A DNA stretch of 64,000 nt from Yuukianura sp. NJ FZ-2021 (lineage: Eukaryota): positions 11,222,001 to 11,286,000 of the forward strand of contig CM102285.1 of the NCBI GenBank assembly GCA_046563655.1, written 5' to 3'. The notes below the pieces were generated by a model. That model was not told the origin of the DNA. It did not search any database and was given only the letters and a program-made list of their open reading frames with translations. Below are positions 40,001-52,071 of the stretch, piece by piece. The stretch's first letter is position 1, and the number at the start of each line of letters is the position of its first letter. A program made the position numbers and the translations under genes.

Positions 40001-43000
40001 AACTTACATTTAAAAAATGCAATTCTTGTGTCAAATTCAATTAATTTGTGCTCCGTTTTCAGATCATTTTTCCAGCGTTGTTTATAGCCCTAATGTTAGC
40101 TTCGACCTTGATCTTGCCTACACCAGCTAATGAAGACAGCAGAGAAGTAACATTCACAGCGTACCCATCGCCTAGTAACATTTTCTTTTCGTTACCATCT
40201 ACAAATCGAGTGCAGACTTTTGATGATACCGTCAATCAACTTACTGGGCCGTACACCTTGGGAAATCCATGCGTTTCCGATGTTGCGTCAGAGTAATTAC
40301 ATTATGTTGAAAAAAATAACAAGAAAATGAAGAATTTTCAAATATTTTGACACTAAGTTGAAAACTATTAATCTAGAGGAGACTGTGATGGGAGTTGGAC
40401 TGCACATGACGCTAAAGCCTTTCTCAATGCTTCGGAAGCTTCTCCGAATCCTTCCTTGGGAACGTGTACGTGTGCTACTGGGACTCAGAAATGTGACTCT
40501 GATATTGAGCACCCACCACCACCAAAAATGAAGGTGTGTTTAATAACTTCGGCTTTACGTTGTGCATCAATTCTTCAATTCTCATTCTACATCTCTATTT
40601 TTGATGTATTTTAATGATTCTTAGACTCGAACCGACGATTTCATTCTGGATGTGAGCAAATATCATGTATCTGACTGGATAATCAAAACGTTTTTCAAAT
40701 ATGAGCCGAACAGACTCGGTGGATACGAAATGTTTGTACGGTCGGTTGCAAACTACACTATGCAAGAATTTTTGACGTTATTTGAATTGCTCGTAAATGC
40801 TACTGATGCCAATAAGACTGACGCTGTAAGACCAATACCAAAAACTAAGGCTGAAAGACCGGACAAATCTGTGTACAAGGTAAACAAAAATTTGCATCAC
40901 ATTTGTTAACGTTTGTTTTAACATTACGGGTCAAATAACTGTGATTGATATTTGATACTCAGATTTGGTTCGAAAATCGAGCATGGCTGTCCTCAACTGC
41001 TTACTTGAATGCTCTCAACAATTTGATTCTTCGTCAACAAGCTGCCCGTCATGTGGTTACTTCTCTAAAAGATGTGGGAAAGTATGGAATAACGCTATAC
41101 ACTCATCCCATGAATTTGACAGATGAACAGATGAAGAAGGAATCATTGTAACAATCATGCTATTTTTTCGACAGCAGTTTTATTAACAAGTAATATGCTT
41201 TGTATTTAGAAAAACTGCAGCACTTGGCGTTGTTCACGCAATCTGTACAATCTTCGCTCTAAGTTTTGTTCCAGCATCGTTCACGGTGTACTTGATTGAA
41301 GAAAGAAAATCAGGAGCGAAACATCTTCATTTGATCTCTGGCGTGAAACCAATTACTTACTGGGTCTCCAACTTCTGCTTTGATTTGGTAAGCGTTGTTA
41401 AATCATCGGAATGGGAATTTCATATGGGAATTTAAATCGATTTGACTTTTGAGCAGCTGAAATACCTGTTCTCCATCATCCTCTGCCTGATACTCTTCTA
41501 CATATTTGATGCACAGGCGTATATTTCCAATCAAAGCGTTGGGCCCTTCCTTACGCTTTTGATCTTATACGGGTAATGATTGCTTTTTCGGCGTTTACGG
41601 GTCTTTACCAGTTTTGGCAACGAAACTTATTGTTTTGTGTATTTTTGTTTCAGTTGGGCTGCGATTCCTTTGATGTACCCGGCAAGTTACATTTTCGGGG
41701 TACCGAGCACAGCGTTCGTCGTTTTGGCTTGCTTGAACCTTTTTGTTGGAATAATCACCACAGTGTCCACCTTTGTGCTGGATCAATTAGGCGACGAGGT
41801 TCGGAACGTTTTTTCATATAGTAAAACTGTATTTAGTTTAAGTACATTTTGATGTTCTTTTCATTGTCAAATTGTGATTTGTGAATTTGTTTTCACGACA
41901 GGAGTTGACAGAAATTGGGGAAATGCTGCAAAAACTTTTCCTGATTTTCCCACAATATTGCCTTGGTCGTGGACTTATGGAACTTGTCAAGCTCCATTTA
42001 GAATCAGCGGTTTTCCGGAAGTTTGGTGAGCAAAATTTGGTTTGCATCCTTTTATCTTAATTTTGACAGAGCTTAAACTTCCTCCCTGATCTCTACAGAT
42101 GGAAATGACCTGGTAGTGGATCGATTTCAATGGAAAATTCTTGGAAAATTGTTGCTTTGTCTCACAATTCATGGGGCTTGTTTCTTCGGGTTCACAATTT
42201 TGGTGGAGTACAGACAGTGGGCTTACATGTGGCTCTGCAAGAAGCGACTAATCAAAAAAGAGCAGCGTGTTATTCAAGCTCGCATGTCAGATGACAGTGA
42301 CGATGAAGACGTTCAGAAGGAAGCTATACGTGTTACGGAGCACCCTCCACAGCTCGCTTCATTACTAGCTCAAAATCTTGGAAAGGTTGTTAAAACAGGA
42401 CATTCTAAACGCCTATTTTACTTTTCAGCGACAGTTAAAATCAATTTTTATGTTTGATTTTCAGATTTACAGTGGAAAGAAACGCCCAGCAGTCAACAAT
42501 TTGTGCTTTGCTGTCGATCCCGGAGAATGCTTTGGACTTTTAGGAATAAACGGGGCTGGGAAATCTACAACATTCAAGGTTATTACTATGTAGAACTAAG
42601 ACTAGATGTTTAGAAATCATGCACTTTGAGTAATGAGTTGAGAAGGAGTAGTAAATTATGTTTCTTTAATGTGTAGATGCTGACTGGAGATGTAAGAATA
42701 ACGACCGGAAAAGCGTACATTATGGGCTGGGACATCGAGAAGAACTTGGATGATGCAAGGAAGCATTATGGATACTGCCCGCAAGAGGATGGAATTGACC
42801 CTCTACTTAATTCTTACGAACAATTGGAATTGTACGGACGTCTTCGGGGGTTAACGGTAGAAGAAGTTCGAGAGGTATTTGTTTTAATGGACACGTTTTC
42901 AATCACTGAAAGCTAAATTCAAACTGATTGTATCCTGTATTTACTTGATAGACATCAAATCAACTTATAACGGCCCTAGGATTGACCAGATACGCTAGCA

Positions 43001-44213
43001 AACGGTGCGGTACTTATTCGGGTGGAAATAAGCGAAAAATCTCCACAGCAGTTGCTCTGATTGGAAATCCAGATGTATTGTTCCTTGATGAGCCAACAAG
43101 TGGCATGGATCCTGGGGCAAGACGTCAACTGTGGAAGTTAGTCATTGCAGTGATCCATTTGGGTAAAGCCGTTGTACTGACATCGCATTCTATGGAAGAA
43201 TGTGAAGCACTCTGTAGTCGACTTGCAATTATGGTAAACGGAAAGTTTACTTGCCTAGGAAGTCTGCAACACTTGAAGAATCGGTAAGAACAGTGCTTTT
43301 ACAAAGGCTGTTTTTTCTGTAAGTTTTAAAAATTGTATTGATTTCTACTGGTCTGTTCAAGATTTGGAAAAGGGTATCGATTAACCGTCCGTTGTCCTGT
43401 GGCTAATCAGGCACAATTTTTGGCGAGCCTGGAAACCAGCTTACCATTTGCGAAGCTAGAAGACACCCATTCCTCGCAGTTGAAGTTTGATATTCCACAG
43501 GAGGCAACGAAACTCAGTGATATATTTTCTGTGATGTGCATTTTAAGAACTGACGGACTGATTGAAGACTTTTCAGTTTCACAAACTACGCTGGATGATG
43601 TGAGCTTAAAATATTTATTCCAAAAAATCTGCAGCGAGCTACGTTGTGTTTACCACAAACATTTTGTCTTTACGTTTAGATTTTCATAAAATTCGCCAGT
43701 GCGCAGAGAGATGAATTGGATGGGAAGCCAATGGCTGAGAAGGATCCTCCTACTGCACCGAAAGATCCTCCGGCTCCGGCGAGAGATCCTCCGGCTACCG
43801 CGACAGATTTTCCGGATACGACGACAGATCCACCGACTACCGCGAAAGATCCTCATGCTGCATCGAAAGGTCCTCCGGGTACGGCGATAGATCCTCCCGC
43901 TGGCAGGAGAGATCCTCGGGCTAGTACCATGCTCCTGCCGTCGAAAAATCCACCGGCTGCAGGGAAGGCAAGAGATCCTCGGGCTAGTACCGCAAAAGAT
44001 GCTCCTGCTGCATCGAAAGATTCTCCGGCTGCGGGGAAGGCAAGAGATTCTCGGGCTAGTACCGCGAAAGATGCTCCTGCTGTATCGAAAGATTCTCCGA
44101 CTGCAGGGAAATCAAGAGATTCTCGGGCTAGTACCGCGAAAGATGTTCCTGCAGCATCGAAAGATTCTCCGGCTGCAGGGAAGGCGAGAGATCCTTCGAC
44201 TGTACTGCGGTAG
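34085..44213 (+). CDS. ABC transporter subfamily A, full transporter (ABCA1/2/4/7-type, large extracellular domains)
   Basis: Start [26 protein letters not shown]1 KSLPSVGG...CTINNAC and [15 protein letters not shown]1 [20 protein letters not shown]1 [43 protein letters not shown]2 [52 protein letters not shown]. More than 40 short GT-AG introns. Confidence 0.95.
43739..44200 (+). repeat. Coding minisatellite in the last ABCA exon
   Basis: About eight 21-bp units (KDPPTAP-like heptads) followed by one shortened and three full 72-bp units ([24 protein letters not shown]). Confidence 0.9.
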
Positions 44214-44733
44214 CGATATGAGAAGTCAGTGCATGAACCTGGAGACTTGCAGACTGAGCGGGTCGCCGAGTAGCGACTTTTAGTCATTCAGCAGAACACA
44301 AATGTCTTTTCGACAGTCTAGGCCTTTACCTTAAGCATGTACCTTATTCACAAAATTGATCTCTCTAGAACACCAGAAATTAGTCCATAGTAGTAGAATT
44401 GTATTCTTCGGTAATCAATAAATAATATCATGAAAATAATGTTTTGAGAACGCAGCGTTTCGGCAGCGTTTGTGTTTTTTTTTACGTGACACTGACAAGT
44501 CCATCGCTTGCCCAACTGTGGGGCTTGAAGGAAATGGGTGACACATGAGTGTATCGGGAGCATTAAGAGTAACAGGTTTGTTTATTACAACAGCTGATGT
44601 TGAAGCCTGCTGGTTTACATTCGTTTTTGTGGATTTAATTGTTAAAGTTAATTTAGCAGTGATTATTCAAAAAAATATCATATTGCATCACATGAATCAC
44701 AATCAGTATCTTACGTAGGTTTAATACTGCAAT

Positions 44734-46629
44734 ATGGCTGCTTACTTGGGTGACACTGACAGTGAAGATGAGGTAAAATTACTAGCTAAACGATTTTACT
44801 ATCGTTTTCGCCTTGGCTATTTTCTAACATTTAATTCACGTAACAGATGCCTGCAGGGTGGGAAGAGCGGGTTCATGACGATGGACGTGTATATTTTGCT
44901 TGGTAAGGATAAAGACTAAACGTTATCCTCGAACGTTTGCTTAACCGGTTAATTTAATAATTATGTGGAAGCTGAAATGTTTGTACGTATTGTATTGCGT
45001 TCTAACTGTAATACGCATTTGTCTGTATTTCTAACAGTCATGAGTCAAAATCAACACAGTGGACACATCCAACAACTGGAAAGAGGAAAATAGTCCCGAA
45101 AGGCATGAATACATGATACATTCATGTTTACATGTTAAATGATTCTTCTTCGAATTGGATTATTTGGATTTGCCCTTAAACGAAGCCTTTTGAATTTAAA
45201 GATTTGCCTTACGGCTGGAGTCGTAAGCTGAAGGATGACGGCGAAGAAGTTTTCTACGAAGAAGCAACTGGAAAAGAAACGCTAACAGATCCACGATTAG
45301 CCTTTTCCCGAGAACCGAAAGACTCTTTGTACGATTTTACACAAAGGTTTGACGGATCTTCAACTGCGCTCGGTATTTTGAATGGAGTGAATTTGACGGA
45401 GAAAGTAGCTTTAATAACTGGATGCAACACAGGAATAGGTAGCTAAATTACGATTCTAAACGTTAACCCATTACAAAGTTCTTGCTCTGACACATTATGT
45501 TCGATTCGTTTTAGGATTTGAAACAGCTCGGTCATTGGCTTTACATGGCTGTGAAATCATTTTCGCCTGTCGCTCTAAGAAATCTACGATGGAAGCAATC
45601 CAACGAATTGTTGATGAAAGGCAACAGGCCAAATGCGAATTCTTTGAATTGGACCTCTGCTCCCTGGCCAGTGTACGAAACTGTGCTAATGCAATTCGGA
45701 TGAAGTACAGGTAACTGGAAACGTCTGGCATCATTTGACTCTTTCAAGTGCCAAGTTATATGAAAAACTAAATTGACTTACATTATTCCAGCGCGATTGA
45801 TATTCTCATTCTAAACGCCGGGACCTTCGGAGCTCAGTTCACTCTTACACAAGATAATTTCGAGCAAACATTTCAAACCAACCATTTGGCTCAGATGTAC
45901 TTTACATTGCTACTAAAGCCAATAATTGTAAATCGCTCATCCTGTCGAATCGTTGTCCTTTCATCGGAATCCCATAGGTAAGCAGATTGTTTATTTGACT
46001 AAGTCTGCCTAATTAGCCCCTTTAGCAAATGTTTACTTAATCTTCTATCATGTTAGGTTCTCAAGACTAAGCGAGAGGAATATCAGTCCGGAGTATTTAT
46101 CCCCAATGACATCAAAGTGGTTCTATTCATTTATGGCCTACAACGACAGCAAGCTTTGTAACGTCCTCTTCGCTTCTGAACTGGGTCGAAAATGGGCTAT
46201 TTACGGTGTCACTGTGAATTCTCTTCATCCTGGAAACATGGTCGCCACAGACATTTCTCGACATTGGTGGTTGTATCGTTTCCTGTTTAACTTTGTCCGT
46301 CCATTTACAAAGTCAATGGTAAGTCAAATTGCTAAACACACATGACGTTCCACGCAACCGTACATCTACCTGCTTTTAGCATCTTCACTAATTCAAATTA
46401 ATTGTAATTCTGAGTGGTGTTTTTGCTTTCTTTGTAGCAACAAGCCGCTGCAACTACAATTTGGGCTGCAACGGCCACAGAGCTGGAAGGTGTCTCTGGT
46501 CAGTACATGAACAATTGCTGGCTGTCGCATTCAAGTGATGCGGCGCAAAACAGAGAACTTGCCAAGAAACTTTGGGATATCAGCATGGAGATGATTGAGA
46601 AAGCAACAGGAACGAATTTGTCGGAATGA
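44734..46629 (+). CDS. WWOX: WW domain-containing oxidoreductase
   Basis: MAAYLGDTDSEDE, WW1 PAGWEERVHDDGRVYF...TQWTHP, NLS GKRK, WW2 LPYGW...DPRLAF, SDR ALITGCNTGIG, ILNAG, FQTNHL, LSSESHR, YNDSK catalytic motif, SLHPG, VRPFTKS, QQAAATT; stop TGA at 46627-46629. Confidence 0.96.
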
Positions 46630-48149
46630 AGGAAGGGTGAGGGAAAGGCATTCCAGACTTATTTTTTATGATCTGAAATGAATATTTTGATTCTGAATTA
46701 AATGCAACTCTTTGTGCCATTTCTTCATGAATATTCAGAAGAATCGTCTATTTGCGGAGGTTTTGATTAATGCAGTAGGATCGACAGACCGAATCTGTTT
46801 GAACAGCCTTCTTAATTTGAAAGACAGAGAAATGGTTTTTCTGGGGTTTTGAAAAGTTGATGTGGTAAAATATGCTGTTAACGATCTTCTTGCTTTCAAA
46901 GTCAAGCGGATTCATCTCAATTAGTCCATTTTAATTACAGCTTTTAATTTATTGGAGACAACACTTGTAAACATGGATAGGTCTTTCGTCACATCTTCAA
47001 AGGTGAAAGTAATAAATTTATTACTCACTTTCACTTTGTTGTAATGTAAACAGCGTCTCTCTCTACCCACGTCGAACTCTCAATTCATTTCATTCACTTG
47101 ACTTGATTTTGCGTTTTCGAAAGTAATTAACACTACTTTCTTCATCAAGTTTTTTGCATATATCTATGTACGTAATATGCTTTAAGAAAACTTCTCAACA
47201 ATTGTAGAGGTGAAAGTCAGCTGGAGAAAGTGAGGGCGAATTTTTTTGTGGTAGTTTTTTTCACCAATTTTGAAACTTTTTGGAAAAGAAGTAGCCCAAT
47301 TGTGATTTTGAATGTTTTTTTTTGTTTTTGCAGGACGTGTTGGATGGAAGTTGTGGTTTTGTGAAAGTTTTTCTACAAAAGGTGAAAGTACATTATAAAC
47401 TTTGTGGAACGGGAAAATCCTTTAGGAAAGTTGAAGGCATGCCTTATTAGCTCCAGAAAACTTGAAGAAATAAGTTTGGAATTTCTTTTTCATAGGTCCC
47501 ACCCGGAGAAAGTATGCCACTTTCTCCCTTTGTTTCCTTCCAGAGTCCACACAAAGTAAACTTGATTGCCTCAATTGAACTTTTCATAGTACTTTTCTTT
47601 CACTTCAAAATTTTTTAACCAACAAAACCACCCTTATAACTTCCTTTCAAATTCATCAATTTCCGTTCCGTTTTAGGTCTTTTTGAATGAAGTTTTCCAA
47701 GTTAAGGAGCCTTTAAAAGATGCCCATGGAGAACTACGCTGGAATAGGTTAGCAGGCGGCATGAGTAAACTGTATATTTTTTTATTATAAAGCAAGAATT
47801 TATTCATGTAATAGCGTTTTTAATTTTTTCTTGTTTTTATAGTTGGTGACCTTTGGTGTTTAAGACTTGGTGAAATGCCGGGCTCCACTTCTGGTTTCAG
47901 ATAAGTCTGAAAGTTAATCTTGGCACAAGAGCTGAAGAGATTTGTTGAATGGCCATTCCGAACTGGCATTGTCTTTATCTTCAGCACATTATTACTTGGG
48001 GTCACCAGTCGTAAGAGGCAGAATGGAAGCAGGAAATTGACCTCAACTCAACGACATCACCACCAGATCCATTTCAACTTAAGTTTCAACCAGAACAATG
48101 AAAAGTCACCCTGGTAGCAGTCTCCTCCCGCGTCCCTGGGCTACCTTTG

Positions 48150-48960
48150 TCCACTCAAGTTTAGAGAAAGTAAGAAATCGATTCCAATTTTTTATCCTGT
48201 CTGATATTCCTCAACAATCTGTCTCATTGGGTCTATTGCCTTCTTCCTCCCATGTATAATGATATTTATACGTTCTCCTTTTCCTGGAGGGCTAAACTTT
48301 CTCTCCCTGATTCCTTGGAGGGACGCAAGAGCCCGTAAAAAAGAAATCCCGCGTGCCCATTAGGAACCCTATCGTCCGTCCTTATCTGACTCAACTGTCC
48401 TTTGCCTGCTTTCACAATGGACTTTCTCCCCTCACAATCACTCGTCTAATTCTAACACCCGCTTTCTAAACCGGTCAAATCTTCCCCTTTCAACATTTTC
48501 AACCTAAATTATACCCTGGCCCATTTCCCAATTTGGTTCTGTTTGTTTATGCTTCCACTGGATTCTCACCTACCTTAGTTCATTCCTGGTAGGGCGCGTT
48601 TCAATTTTGCACTAAAAATTGGAAAAAGTGCAAGTTTAGATTTATAAATTTTGATTTTGAATCTAAAAGTTTAAGGGCATGTTGGTTCAATTTCAGAAAT
48701 TTGTGAGGCAGCAATTCAAGTGGAAAAGCATGACTTTTTTAGCTTATGCTTTTAGAAATTGTGTTCTCTAAATTTCATAAACCCTCCATACTTCCAGAAA
48801 TTGAAATCCAAGTACTTGCGTCTTTTCAGAAATTCTATTATGGCCCAACTGCTTATGAATGTATTGAATTGTGTTATAAAGGGCATTATGACTCTCCCAT
48901 TTCTTCAGTCAGGGGTCGAGTAATTCCTAAATCCTAAATTCATCTACCAAATCTTTTTAA
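48150..48960 (-). mobile_element. Heavily decayed non-LTR retrotransposon reverse-transcriptase fragment
   Basis: Purine-rich minus strand reading NY/RPL (one-base slip, ~48920) and RRVIVRGE....K....S*VR*GRTIGFLM (~48440-48360), resembling RT motifs NYRPI and GVRQGxxLGPLLF, with many stops. Confidence 0.35.
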
Positions 48961-50859
48961 CTGGAGAAGTTCCCTCCAGAAGAAAGTTCTTTTGGCCCTA
49001 TGTGCTTTTTTCCAGTAGTCTTTGGAGGGATGCTGATGCTGGAACGCTCCACAGGTTCCGAAAAAGTACTGGAATTGAAAGTCTATTATGGGGAGAAGGT
49101 AAACTTTTATGGCATGTGAGATGATGTATTATTATTATATGATGGGAAGTAATGTGTTATGAGGGCACCACCCACGGCTTACCCTAAACTTTATATCAGG
49201 ATGAGATCCATTTCCCATTCAAAATCATGAGCATAGAATAGCCATTGAATTTTAAATTGATTTCGGGGAGATCTTCCCAAAAAAAATTCTGAAATTCTAC
49301 CGACTTTCTCTTTTTTCTTAAAATTTCTGTCATTTTCTTGACTTTATTGACCATTTCAATATCTAATGTATTTTCTCCTTAACAAGAAAATTTCCACACC
49401 TGTAACTTTCAAATTTTCGAAATGTTAAGAAGAAAGTGCAATTTTCCTTAGCTTTCTTTGTTGTTTCTTTGATGATCTTTGGTGAGGATGAGTTAATCAA
49501 AGGGTTATGAACAAGGAAGGAAGACTTAATTAATTGAATATGATGAGGAGTGTGTTGGGTACAGATTGGAGTCGTGTAGTACAACGATAAGGAACTTTTG
49601 GTGTCTTTTGCCAAGTATAACGAAGAAAGTGAAAACCATAATTGAGTGAAAGTGAAACGAGGGAGCGACTTTAACCTAAAACCTTAACGAGAACGAGGGA
49701 AAGTGGTTGGGTTTTGAAACGATTTGAGTCAGCATTTGCATCTAAAGTGTGTCATTAATCAGATGACTTCACTTTCTTCTTAAATTAAAAGACTATGAGA
49801 AACTCTAATTCCATTTTTCTAAATTTTAAACTTTATTCCAACTTCAACTCAATTCTCCAGTTTGAATCCATTCTACTTTCTCTCTGTAAGGTTTTGAAGA
49901 AATAATATTTTGTGGCTTACGTAGACAAAAATTTTCAGATTTTCTGTGAAAGTAGAAAGTTGTTGGCCAAGAAATCAAATCAAGTTTCTCAACCTGAGTA
50001 AATGAAAACATCAAGACTGGAAAATTTCTCAGTTCTTAATTAATTTTCAAAGAAGTTGTTATTTTCTAAACGTTGATTTCAAAAGTGAAAGTCCTATTGT
50101 ACAACCGCAACAAATAAAAAATGATTAATCAAAAGTCAGAAGTTGATGAGCCTTGAATTATTATTGTCAAAGGAAACCCACTTTCTCTTTATCAATTTTT
50201 CATATCGTCTGTTTTCCGTTTTGTGTTTAATGAAGAGCAAGAGGACGCCAGGGACTTAATAAAAATTTTCAAAAAATTGAGAATAAGATCACAGAAAGAT
50301 TTTCTCTTGTTCCAGAACACAGAACTGGAGAAGTTGAAATTTTGAAACTTTTTCTGGGGAAAGTCATGAGGAAGTTGGTGGAAAAGATCCTTTCACTTTC
50401 TCATCTTCCTCGTAAAAGAGGATAATTTACTTTGGAACGCATCATTTCGTCCTTGTTTTCTAGTCCGAGAGGAAAATTGGATTGGGGTAAAAAGACTTTC
50501 CTTTTTTAAGTTCTTTTTTTCAAAAGTTTTTTTGTTCTTGTACTAGGGCTGAAAAACTGCATTCTATTGATTTCATCTCTACATGAAACATGAACACAAC
50601 TTCTGTTTGTATGCTTTTTCTTGCAGGATTGACGTCAGACAGAGGATCTTTATGACGAAAACCCCCTTGTGTACAGTACTTTTGAGTCAACATAATTTAC
50701 ATTTTGGGACATGGTATGGTGGTACTTGAGCAAAAATCGTTTCGAGAAAAGTGTTAAACAAAGAGCGTCTTTTTCACTTTCAAAGATGCTGGGAGTTTAT
50801 GTTGTGTAACTTTCACTTGACAACTTTTTGAGGAACCGTCGATTCTATGATGGTCTCGC

Positions 50860-51035
50860 CGTAGCAGGTGAAATGATCAGAAATATTTGGTCAGAAGTGA
50901 AATGATCAGAAGTGACAAGGTCAGAATTCAAAAGATCTAAGGTTAGGTTTGGTTACGTTCCTTCCCTTTCTGACCTTTTTTTTCTGATCATTTCACTTTT
51001 GATCTTTTCACTTTCTGACCAAATCACATGGAACC
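50860..51035. mobile_element. Foldback MITE with 8-bp target-site duplication (Merlin-like)
   Basis: Flanked by direct repeat GGTCTCGC (50852-50859 and 51036-51043); left arm of ~15-bp GTGAAATGATCAGAA units, right arm of their reverse complements, GGTTAGGTTTGGTT centre; termini CGTAGCAGGTG / GGTTCCATGTG. Confidence 0.8.
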
Positions 51036-52071
51036 GGTCTCGCTGTCATTTGAATAATTATTTGTCTCAAATTGGTAAAATTTTCAAGAGTTAGATGCGT
51101 TAAAGTGGAGACTTTTTTTAAAGCAGTTTACGAATTTTTTATTTTCACTCTCCTGAAAGTTTTAAACTGTCTTGAATAAGAGTAAAAATTCTGAATGGTC
51201 GAGAAGATTTGGAGAAAGTGTTGCACCATTTTTTGGTGAAAGTAGAAAACGTAAGAAAGCGTATTTGGGGCATTGGCTGGAATCGTTAGGAGAGGTCAGT
51301 TTCACTCCTGTGATGAAGAAGAGTTGGATTCTTTTGTGATCAGAATCCAAAGGAGTCGGTTGAAGGGTGGAGGGAGTAACTATGCATGAATAAAGTGATA
51401 CAGAAGGATGATAGGAAGTGACTGAACATGTGTAACCCTTTGTTCTCTCCATTTCTTACTGCTGTTTCCTTCGTCTTTTCATCTTTCACTCCCCAGTCGT
51501 TTTCGTTACAATACTTGACCACAGAGCACCAGTACTGGAGAAAAGACCACCAAAAGTTTAAGCTCCCCGAGAATGGTGCCATGAATCGCGATTAGGCTCA
51601 GAGCCAGATTTTTTTTCTTCGCACCACCGAAAATGCGGTGGTTCTTTACAAACCATGGAATGGTCATCGCCTCGAACTTTCACTTTCAATTCTTAGCCTG
51701 TCACCTAACAAGAAGAAGAAGGAAGAGCGGAAGATACCTCCAGGATATCTTACTCTCGTGTCAACTTCCTTTCTCGGATATTAAAAGCTAGAGAAAGTCA
51801 TAAATCACTTCTAGCGAGGACAAGATCTGACAATTCAGAATAAGAGTTCATTAAGGTCAGTGTGACGATTAGAGAGAATTAAGGTCGTTTTCAGTAGAAA
51901 ATTCAAGTTAGATTTTAGTTTTATTTTTGAAATTGTTGGTTTCGGGCAACAGACCGAATTTATGAAAGTTCAATTACATTTGTACAGTATTGTTTTACAG
52001 TCTATTGAATTTGATAAAAATTGAGGTAAGTTTTTTTTTGGTTGGAGAAAGTGTGTTTTGCGAGGAAGTTT

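Noticed and set aside
44211..44273. In-frame extension after the ABCA TAG (TAG-C context), possible readthrough
   Set aside because: Only 19 codons, with no comparative or ribosome-profiling evidence available.
43650..44287. Overlapping Arg-rich and antisense ORFs
   Set aside because: Shadows of the stop-poor tandem repeat in the ABCA last exon.
51162..51582. Two short minus-strand ORFs downstream of the aquaporin
   Set aside because: No motif or splice support.
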